The position numbers and the translations under genes are program-made. From Hydrolagus affinis (Eukaryota), in contig JAAILG010000173.1 of the NCBI GenBank assembly GCA_012026655.1, forward strand, positions 62,001-126,000: a stretch of DNA of 64,000 nucleotides, given 5' to 3'. Below are positions 11,880 through 22,300 of the stretch, in pieces; position 1 is the first letter of the stretch; each line of letters starts with the position of its first letter. Under the pieces are notes generated by a model. The model saw nothing but the letters and a program-made list of their open reading frames with translations, made no database searches and was not told the DNA's origin.

Positions 11880-12370
11880 CAGTACATCATTAAGGATGGC
11901 AAGAGTTCGTAGCCTCTGAGGATCAAAGATAAATGAATGGCAAGGGTTTCATGAATCAAATCAAGTGTCTCACGGCACCCTTAATATTGATTCAGAATAG
12001 AAAGTATTTTCCTGCTCTAGCTGCAGCCATAGAAACAGACAGAAGGCATCCCAACTATTAATATGCAACTTCCACCAAACACCATTTCCACTTGATTTCA
12101 GTTGCAATGAGAAGGCAAGGTTGCCTCATGTTACTTTATATTTCCAGCACGTCAAGAATTCTGTGGATTGAACACGTAAAGAGGGTAGAGGATAACTCCG
12201 TTTGGAAGGAAAGTCATGATTCTCGGCTGCAGACCTTCGCACAGTAACTGCTAAGTAGGTTATGGCCATGGGTCTTGCTTCAACCAGTATCAGGTGAGAA
12301 GTGGATGTGAAACTTCCTTAGAGTTGGAAGCATGCAAATAGAAGTGGATTGTCAAGAATACTGAGGCTGC
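11880..12370 (+). mobile_element. Very old RTE-clade LINE 3' relic
   Basis: RILWIEHVKRVEDNSVWK (RLRWxGHVxRMxDxRxPK-like) near 12155, preceded by FH...I.W.DKV-like and LLY..ET-like remnants in the right order. Confidence 0.4.
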
Positions 12371-12770
12371 TCCTGTGTTTTAATACACATCTTTTATGCT
12401 TTTAATCTAATTTCTTTACCTTTCCTACATATCCCTTAAAGTCTTTGTTTCACGTATGGTAAAAGTTCGAGAAGATGTCAGATGCAACTGGACTCTCATG
12501 TCGAAAGTGTCCAAACAGGTTTGCGAGCAATGTTTGGAGTACATCACTGGAATCAAATTAGAGTTCTGAGGATTCCGCAGTAAATTAAATTAGGATTCCG
12601 CAGTAAATTAATGGGTAAAATCATTGTCCAAAGTAACATTCAGTAATGTGGACAGAAGGCCTTGGTTATGCTCCTGGTCTGTGTTAAGCTAGTTTTTGTC
12701 AGCTAGAATAAAACTTAGTGCTAATGCCTTGAGAAAGGGAAATACCAACCATAGTGGAGTCAACTATTGC

Positions 12771-13081
12771 GGAGTCCTGTAGCTCATTGGTTAGAGCACT
12801 CGCCTTACAACTGAGAGACCTGGGTTCAATTCCAGGCAGGGTGAAACCGTGGGCACGTTTCCTTACTTCACATGCCTAATAATAATCCCTAAAAAGAAAA
12901 AAAATAATAAATCAGTTACTTAAATTCACTCAGTTTGCGGGACACTGCTGTGCGCAATTGACTGCTGCGTTTCACCCACAAATAAACAGCAATTCACTTT
13001 ACACTTTATTCTGTGAAGCGCTTTGATATGTCTGGAGGACATGAAAAGTGCTATAACAAATGCAAGGATTATTATTATTAT
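12771..13081 (+). mobile_element. Family A SINE, short form, full length
   Basis: ggagtcctgtagctcattggttagagcactcgcc...gggttcaattcc head and aaatgcaaggattattattatt tail. Confidence 0.93.
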
Positions 13082-13119
13082 CAACCAGGGAGTCTGATCC
13101 TGGTTGCTATTAAATATAT

Positions 13120-13488
13120 CCTGACTCGGTTAATAGCATTCTTGCTTCTAAGTAGGTTGTGGGCTCAATCAGTGCATTGGTGGGGGTGTGTTGCATTATG
13201 TCAGAGGTGTTGTCCTACAGATGAGATGTTAACCCAAGGTCCCATCTGTCTCTTCAGGCGGACTTTAAAAATCCCATGGCGCTATTCAAAATGAGTTGGG
13301 AGTTTCTCCTCACAATCCTTCAAATAAAAAAAAATTGGTCATTCCCGACATGGCTGTTCGTGGGATGTTGCTGTGTGCAAATTAGCTGCTGCATTTGCCT
13401 ACAAATAGTCACTATAATTCACAGTAAAAATACTGTGAAAACATTCTGACAACATGACAAGTGCTATATCTAATGCAAGGATTATTAT
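13120..13488 (+). mobile_element. DeuSINE-type SINE
   Basis: tgtcagaggtgttgtcctacagatgagatgttaacccaagg...atcccatggcgctattc matches the Deu domain shared by AmnSINE1/SacSINE1. L2-type tail. Confidence 0.8.
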
Positions 13489-13699
13489 CATCCCGCTAGA
13501 CCACATCTGTATACGAAAGTCTGGCAACAAGCGAATTGAACTTGGCTGGAATGCTCTCCAAAAGTGACCAGCCTGCAACAATCAATCACTGTCCATCCTT
13601 AAAATGTCTTAAATTGCAGAAGGGACCAAATGATTATGATATAGCAAAAACAAAGAGACGTCAAAAAGGTACACATCAGTAAAGAATAGCCATCATTAT

Positions 13700-14150
13700 G
13701 ACTTGAAATGCCACCGATCTTTTCTTTGTGACGTTAAGATTCTTTGTTTGTTCCCCGTGCCTGACGACATCAATACAGCACATCACTCGGCTATGGTTCA
13801 TTCCCATCTTCTTGTCACGGATATAAAAGCCAATAACTCATGAGAATCTTCTTTATCAGTGGAAGTTCAATCAATAGTGATACAGCCGGGCATATTATAG
13901 CCAAACACTTGAAGAAGCATTCAGTTGTCAACCTGCTGGTCCGAGGACATGAACAATTGTTATTTGAGGGTTACCACCTATTCTGTGATAGAGAGTTTTG
14001 TTTTGGAAACTGGCAAACAACTTGTTGGATGTTGGATCATTTTGGTATATACCTAAATTAGTTTCACTGCGCTAAGTCAAATGGTACTTTTAGTCGACAG
14101 AGCAAAGTGTAAGTTAAAACATTTATAAACTGTGGAAAATTGGCTTGAGT
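13700..14150 (+). mobile_element. Very old RTE-like RT relic
   Basis: FPV..(G)I.Q-like remnant near 13750, A..T.EE.Q-like near 13900, AKSNGTFSR near 14070 and KLK..Y-like near 14110, colinear with RTE RT. Confidence 0.3.
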
Positions 14151-16339
14151 ATCTGTTTCATACATTTAACTTGCGCATTCCACCCTCACCCCACCCACAC
14201 CGAGTTTGGGGAAACAATTCACAACTGAAAGAAACCCACAGTGTGAAATGGACGCTCAGTTAGTAACACAATAAAAGAAAACCCATGGGACAGATTTTTG
14301 ATTGATATCCTCCTGTCAAAAACCAAAAGTTCATAAGTAAACAGTTGAAATATTTACTTTTTTTAAAAAAAATGACTTTTTGATAAAGTTAAGTTGCTAA
14401 ACATATGGGACCTTGAAAGAAATATGCATTTGAAATTGTTGGTATAATGCCCTCATCCCCAAACCCACTATTTTAGGGAAGAAAGGGCAGGAAACATGTG
14501 ACATTTTTCATTTCAATACAACCAAAGTAGCACTGTTTGTGACAGATGGTTTTCTCCTCCTGAGTTGTTTGTTTCAAAGTGCAAAGCATGCTTTTCACAG
14601 AATCATTTTCTGCTCAATTACACTAAGATGGCTCTGCTTAGATTTTCAGTCAACTGTGAAATGGCCTAAGAAACTTAGATAATGATTCTGGGTAGAATTT
14701 CTGTAATCATAGGTATCAGACAAACTATACAGCATATTTAAAGGCCCAACAACACAATGGAAACAGCAACAATTTTTATCATGTACCTTGATCATATATT
14801 ATTCATTCGGCTTTGCAGGATGCGCAATGCAAACATTATCCATATATGGCTTCCTTCTACCAGAAAGCCTTTCGAAAGGCTTAAGCAATTCATGTGGGGT
14901 ATTCTGATGGATGGCTACATCAACTCTAGACTACCACAGGAATTAAAAAGGCCCAAGTCAAATAAGTAATGATTTCCCATTTTGATTCTTAACTTTGCTT
15001 AATTAAGAAGTGGGTTGTTGGCACCCCAAACAAAGGCACAGTGAAAGGGGAGGTTGGTGATTGAATGGTTGAGTGCTTGACATGGGAAGCTGACAATGGC
15101 AGATACAATACTTTTTCACAAGGCAAGAGGTGGACTTCTATTACAGATTAGCATTGGAAGAAACCTATGAATAGGTCTGATTGATTTCTTGGTTGGGAAA
15201 AAGGGTGTTACGAAGAGCGGGGGAAAATAACTAGAACAACTTGCATTTACACAGCGCCCTTCACAAGGGGTCACATCCTGGAGGACTAGAAATCTACTAC
15301 AAGGAGATGAACTTATTCTTGGATATGACAAAGTAATAGGAAGGACATTTATATAAAATTAACATTGGGAAGATACAAGAGGTTAGACATTAGTGACCCA
15401 AAACAAAATGCTACTATAGGAGGCTGGAGTTTGAGTATGAATTCTACGGATCTAAAAGCAAGTTTGCAAAATACACACAGTCACATCACTTTACAGTATG
15501 GAGTGCTTTAAGTCATCTTGACAATGTCATAAGACCCTATATCAAATGCAATGACTATTGTTGAATATCAGCGTATAGCCAAAACAATAATATTCAACAA
15601 TAATCCTTGCATTTGATATAGGGTGCTTCACATGCTGCTTCACATGATTGACACTCTAAACGATGAGTCAACTAATTCCCTTAGATCTCTTTCAGCTTTC
15701 CCTTTGTCAAATGACCAGGTACTTACTGAAAAATTAAATAAGTATATATTCAATATAGGCAGACATTTGTGTGATATATAATTTAAAACAGCTCCTCGCT
15801 AAGTAAGCCACTGAACAGAATATAAAATTGGCTCATGGTGTGTCAAATATAAAGTAAATTACCTAAATCCAATGCTTCAAGCAGAGAACATCAATAAGTA
15901 TAGCAGTTATGCTTCTGCATTAGACTTGATCACCTACGAACATCATGCTGGTCATGCAGGTCGCTTCATGAGACTGCAGAACATGAATCCTATCTATTAG
16001 CCCACCGAGAGAACTAAAAAGAAAATCTGTACACCTTTCTGCCACATTATCTTGGATTCTTGTGTCAAAGCTTAAACCGAGTAATCCAATAAAATCTGAA
16101 ACGTTTTCCATTTTAACAAGATAAGGACAACACCTGCATGGGAAGACATTAAATACAGAACAGGCATCTTCCATTGTTGGGAGAAAAGAATATCTCCATG
16201 AAGCCACTTGACATCTGGGAATTGGCAGAGCATTATGTTTTCATAAATGTATTAGGTAATGTTTATCTGTGTGTTTGTATATGTTGCTATTCAAAATTAG
16301 TAAACTGTGAGCCATTGGAATGATTGCTTTTCTGTATCT

Positions 16340-16600
16340 TTCCCTGACTCACAAAACCCTAATTTATGTATTCATCACTTCCAGACTTGATTTTCTAAGT
16401 GCCTCTCTCACTCACCTCCTCAGCTTCATTATCCACAAGCTCCAGTTCATCCAAAACTCATCCACTCACATCCTTTCTCATAGAAAGCTTTGCATAACCA
16501 TTACCCACATCCTAAACAACTTCCACTGTCTCCCGGTGGATCAATTTTATGATTGTTCACACCCATGCTCCTCCCTACCTCGATGATCTTCTCCTAACTT
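16340..16600 (+). mobile_element. L2 ORF2 C-terminal relic
   Basis: ORF track reads KTLIYVFITSRLDFLS...HKLQFIQNS...ITHILNNFHCLPV, i.e. L2 motifs SRLDY.N, LQ.IQN, ITP.L..LHWLP. Confidence 0.85.
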
Positions 16601-17095
16601 CTGAAACATTCCTAACTCCTCCATTTTCCCCCCTTCTGTCATCTAGAAACCTATCACCCTGTCCATTCATATGGGCAACTACCTCTTGCTTTCTCCTCTG
16701 CATTGGGTGTTGAACAACTTCTTTGCAAAGTACCCTAAATCTTACTCTGTGTGTAGTTTGCTATATAACTAATGAAGCTTGTGGAATATTTCCCCAACTC
16801 CCTGGTAGTGGTAGAGATAATGCAGAAGGCGTGCTTGTTTCAATACTATCAAAATTTGTACTCCGTACCTTTGTGAAAAGCACAGTCTTAGTGAAAATAT
16901 TAATAATAAACAAGCTAAGTAAATGAACAACTTCAATATATATCATCACATGTTGCAAAAGTCCCAACTCAGTTATCTCAATGATACAAATTTCTTTGTC
17001 AGAGCACGTTGTCAACGAAGAAGAGTTTGCACCTATTTTGAAATCCCATTGGGTACGTTTTCTTACTTCACACACTTCTGTTTACGTAGCTGTAG

Positions 17096-17275
17096 TAATA
17101 ATAATAATCCTTGCATTTGATACAGCCTTATCACATCTTCTAGATGACTCAAAGCATTTCATAGAATATACTTTATAGTGAATTGACTATATTTGTGGGC
17201 GAAACACAGCAGCCAATTCTGCACAGCAGTGTCCCACAAATTGTCATAAATTGAAGTGACCAATTTATCATTGTT
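17096..17275 (-). mobile_element. Family A SINE, 3' half
   Basis: taataatccttgcatttgata...cagcagtgtcccacaaa is the reverse complement of the family A body and tail. Confidence 0.9.
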
Positions 17276-17289
17276 TTTTAAGACGTTAA

Positions 17290-17527
17290 GACCCAGTAAG
17301 TAGTCAATTGGTGGATCAATATCCCAGGGATAATAATTCTATCAAAATAAACAAAATAATTTGGTCTCTCGATCCAGGACTGTTTGTGGGACACTGCTAT
17401 GCGCAATTGGCTGCCATGTTTCGCTCACAAAATATACAGTCAATTCACTTTACATTATGTTCTGTGAAGCGATTTGAGACATCTGGAAGATATGATGAGG
17501 CCCTATACCAACAGCAAGGATTATTAT
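17290..17527 (+). mobile_element. Family A SINE, long form, 5'-truncated
   Basis: acccagt...ttggtggatc...gataataat...gtgggacactgctatgcgcaattggctgc...gcaaggattatta. Confidence 0.9.
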
Positions 17528-17930
17528 AAATGAGCCCAGGTTCTTGCTCCAGACTACCTCCTGACTGCTTTGCAACGACCTCCTGATAAAGAAAGGTTTA
17601 CAACCAGACTATGTCATTGGGAATTTTAACCAACTGAAATGGAACTCATGCCCTGCAGTAAATGTGCATCTATGTGACCTTTGAAAGAAGTTGAACATGT
17701 TATTTGTATGTCAGCCTATCCCCTTGACTGAAAACTGGTGCAACAGATTAATGGAGCTGCTGTGAAACATATTTTTAAACAAAAAACAGCTTTTATAACA
17801 GAAATAGCCCCATCAAAAGATACCACAATCAATTTACAGAATTGTAAATTGTATATTTTTCAGGTCTTCTTGTTTCCATCTTTGAGTCAGAAATGTGAGA
17901 CCTGATATAATAACATTGTACAGGCTTATG

Positions 17931-18257
17931 TTCCTGTAGCTCAGTGGTTAGAGCACTTGTCTTGCAAGCCAGAGACCTGGGTCTATTCCTGGCAGGATGA
18001 AATATTAGGCAAGTTCCCATACTCCACAAGCCCCTGTTTACCTATCAGTAAATAAGAACCCAGTTGTCAGTGGATTGGTGGATCGCTTTTCTGGGGATAA
18101 TAATCCCTCAAAGAAATCAACAATAATTTGGTCATTCAATTCACGACAGTTTGTGGGACAATTGAGTGCTGCATTTCACCCACACCTATACAGTCAGTTC
18201 ACTTTGCGTGTTTTGAAGTGTTTTGAGACATTTAGAAATGTGAAAAGTGCTATAAAC
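17931..18257 (+). mobile_element. Family A SINE, long form
   Basis: tcctgtagctcagtggttagagcac head and cccctgtttacctatcagtaaat core. The tail runs into a short L2 piece (aagatcctcactcttgttttcaag). Confidence 0.92.
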
Positions 18258-19179
18258 AAGATCCTCACTCTTGTTTTCAAGTCTCTCCACTCCTCTGCAC
18301 CCCGTACCTCTCTGGCCTTCTCTCTCCCCAACACAGTACCCGCTAATATGTACAAAAATTGTTGCAAATTATTGTTAACAATATTAATTAGAATGAAGTG
18401 AAACAGTTGGAATTGGAGTCATGTTTGCAAATGCATTAAGATGAACCTAAGCCTGTATGGCAAATGGAATATTTCAGTGTTGTACTCTCAAATATGTCTC
18501 TGAATTGAACAGTTTTACACTTCATCTAATACGATGAATCAGAGCAATCAAAAGTTTAACTAGTTTTCAAAAGTCCAATGTTTCTCCACTGATGATACCA
18601 CAAGAGAGGTGTAGATAGAGAAGGTCCATTGGCCCATTTGATGTCATCCTTCAAGAATACCCCAGCTGTACCATCCTTCCATTATCTGATCTCGTTTCAG
18701 ACACACATAAACTAAAATATATTACAGTACCAGATTTCATCGTTCAATAAACTGTTTTTTCCTCTTCAACCACTGTGACTGACAGCTGATGAAATGAAGG
18801 TACTTTGTGGGATTAAGGACAGAATTCAGCTGCCTGTGAACTGTGTACAAATAAATCACAAAGCTGAATTTGTTTCCACAGAAATAAGACACAAAGAACT
18901 CTCGTCTGAGGGTGAGCAGTCCATGGATGTAATTAGTCAAAACCACTATGAAGCAATCATGTTGGCCACTAAGTGTGAAAACATAATCTATGTATTCATA
19001 CTTGTGTCCGTTTGAAACAAAAATTATGCTTTTCTTTTGTCCCCAAACTCAGTGAATATCATGCTAATTTACTGCCAAGCAGAAAACCATATTGCTTAGT
19101 CTGCACTACTATATAGTCACTGTGTTTTACATTTCTCATTTAACTCAGAAAGTAAACACTTACCACAACTGGATCTCAT

Positions 19180-19300
19180 TTGTTGGCCTGACTCAATTGG
19201 GATTATTCTGGTTTCTAAATCAGAAGATTGTGAGTTCAGATCCCAAGTCAGGACTTTTCAATTCATAGTTTAGGCTGACGCTACAGTGCAGATGCCTGAT
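19180..19300 (+). mobile_element. DeuSINE-type head fragment
   Basis: tcagaagattgtgagttcag...taggctgacgctacagtgcag, as in the 5' part of 51925-52346. Confidence 0.55.
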
Positions 19301-22300
19301 AATTCAATTGTGGATTTGTTTGCACAGAATATATCTGAAATACTTCCCAGATTTGTCCCCATGTCATGATATTACATTTCAGAGTATGGAAGTAATTATT
19401 CTTCGTTTGACAAGAGCAGGTCACAGTGGTTTTCCTTGGCCTGTACCAGAGGTCTTTTATGAGCTATTTGAGTGGTGTCTTTTATAGAACTCTAGGCTCA
19501 GAATGTGTTTGGCTGCAACAGCGGCTCTTATGTGATCCTTGAGAACTGCTTTAACATTCTCCCGCAACGTCATTGGGAAGTGACTGATGTTTTTATTCTC
19601 TACCATTATTCAGAGAAGCCAATGCATGTAGAAGTTAATAACTGGCCAGAAAAACAGAAGCATAGAGTCATTGGATTAACCAGCAATTCAAGCATTGAAT
19701 AAATACGAGTTGCTTTTGTTGTTGCTGTTGTTGTTATTGCAGATAAACTGTCAAGAATATAGAAGTCATTATAGGGAAAGACTCTCTTCATTAATCTCAA
19801 GAAATTAGACACCAAAGATGGGTAGCTGCCAGATAATACAAGCGTCCATTAGGACATTAGGTTGCTTCTGTATAGAGATGTTTTGGGAACCACAGGGAGG
19901 TGATCTTGTAAACCAACAGAGAGATTTTCTACTTTCCTTTCAAATGTAAATTCTATCATTTCTGAAGAGACTATGCAGTTGGAGGTACAGTAGATACAAG
20001 ATAAACCAAACCATTGTCTTGTACAACTTGAGCTATCATTAAAATTTTACATTGAACTTTGCTTTTGATTTTGAACCTGCAGCATAACGTCAAAACATAT
20101 CACCTGTGGTTTTACCCATAATTTGCTGCAAGTTTAGTACATTTATAGGCCAAAGTCAATGATTTCATTGTAATCTTAGTCTCAACTCTGGAATCGGTCT
20201 TCTCATTTTGATTCTAATTACCTTAATTTAGTCCGTCTTTTTGCAATCCTAGCAGAAATTTCAATTTAGCCTAATCTGTGTCTCACAATTCTTAAGGTTC
20301 ACAGCGAGACTGCTTACAAAGAGGTTAAATCCATCTCTGCAGAGTTTTCTTCCAGCTGTGAGACCATAAATCCCTATGGATTACTACGCTTCAGTTAGCT
20401 CTGGCATGTTAGCATGGGACCTGGAAGGTAGTCATATGTAAAATCCGTGCTTGACCAGCCAGAAAAGGTACATAGGTTCTGAGTTCTTATTAAATTACTG
20501 TGACTATCACAGCAAGTACCATCCAAGCACTCTGTGGCACTCATCAAGAAGGGAAGTTTTTTTTAACAAAAGCCAGCAACATGTAATCACATCCAGATGA
20601 ATAAAAAGTTTATTTTGTAGAGAACTCTGCAGAATTTAATGTGCAGCTATTTCCATACCTTGGTTGGATCCTGGTAACATTGATGCTGTCATATGATTAA
20701 CATTTTTTTGCTAAATGCAGAAACTCATTTTCATTTGGGGTTCAATAATTCCACAGCTCAGAAACAGGGCAATTAAATGCTATGAGTGTAAAAATGATAA
20801 GCCATAGTTGATCCCAATTAGTTTCTCACTATGCATTTTAAAAGAACATTTTCAGAGATAAATCATTGAATAAATAAAAGATTCCACCAACCAGTAACGT
20901 ATTCGAAGAGCTATTTTACTTATGTGAATGACTATTAGACTTTTCTTGTGCTCATGGCTTATGAATAAGACTGCTTTTTAAAAATTATTTATGACTACTG
21001 TATTTAGTTTCTTGCCCAACGTGAAAAATGCTCTATATATGCAATTTCTTGTGTTCTTTTCCATTACACAGACTATTATTCCCCACTCAATGCTAGAAAA
21101 GGGAAGCAATTAGAGAAAGAAAAAAATGTTACAAATAAAATTACCAGAATGTGTTTGTCTCTTTTCTGACTGTGAATCAACTATTTTATTTATAAGAAAA
21201 ACTGCAGTAGCAACCTACTAGACAAAAAAACTATATGGTGTGTTAGGGTGTGTTTTATTGGCTTTGAAGAGTTGGGTATTCCCATCATCATTTCAACTCA
21301 AATTTATCTGGTGCCAAGTGTGCAATTTACAACTTCCTGGCTTGATTTCTTTTAAGATAAATCTAAAGTTCACTTCATTCATTTGAGCAAACTCTATGTT
21401 TTATATACTGTATATGCATAACATTGCTCTTCCTAAACATGCTTATTAATCGGGAATCTGGAAGCAAATATATTTGGCCCAACCATCATTAATGGCATTT
21501 CAAACTTATGCTCTACTGGAGTGCAAGCCAAGTCTCTGCCTCATTTTAGAACTCAGAATTGTAGGAGATCAGCTCAGCAGAAGTATAAAAGCAATTTTAA
21601 GGGACAATTCCATGTGGAGGCTTTAATTATTTTATGGTTCTCTTGATAGTTGCAATTGTGTCGATAGGTTTCCTGGCAAAACCACCACCCCACGGTGATC
21701 TTGGCAAGCAGCCTTTAGTGCAAATTTCTTCACAAACATGAGTCTTGAACTCAATATGGTGGGATATGTTCAATGGGAAATCTGCAGTACAAACTAGGCA
21801 GCTGTCTCTTCTGGAGAAGGAAAGATCTTCCATATTAGAATGTACACTAACAGTTTTTAGATCACATCCATCTAATCGACTGGTTTGCGTCGTGCAAGAT
21901 GACAGCCTCACAGCATTGAAACCTGTTGGGAATTTGCAATCTGAAGTGACTACACACAGCGGTCTTTGTTCTAAGCAATAGCTATCAGCTCAAGCAAACC
22001 ACACAGGAGACCAAACTGTTAAAGGTCTGGTAGGTTAAATGTTTATGGAACATATTACAAATCGGTAGCTCTTGAAAGGGTTCATTTACTAGGATTCTAT
22101 TTATACTTATATCCTGAACTATGCACTAAGGATGTGATATGAAAGACAATGTGTTGATATCAAAGACAAAAATTAAAGAGATTTATAATAATTATCTAAC
22201 AAGGTTTGTTTTGGAGGCAATTGGAGGCAAAACTGTATTGTGCTTTGCATTTTTTTCTAAACTAAAATTTGAAATAAATCTGCAAATACTTTCCTAATTG

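Noticed and set aside
12148-12293. Apparent exon between tttccag and gtgaga
   Set aside because: Stops in all three frames, and it overlaps the RTE-like relic.
14865-14882. 18-bp perfect palindrome aagcctttcgaaaggctt
   Set aside because: Isolated, with no associated element end or other supporting context.
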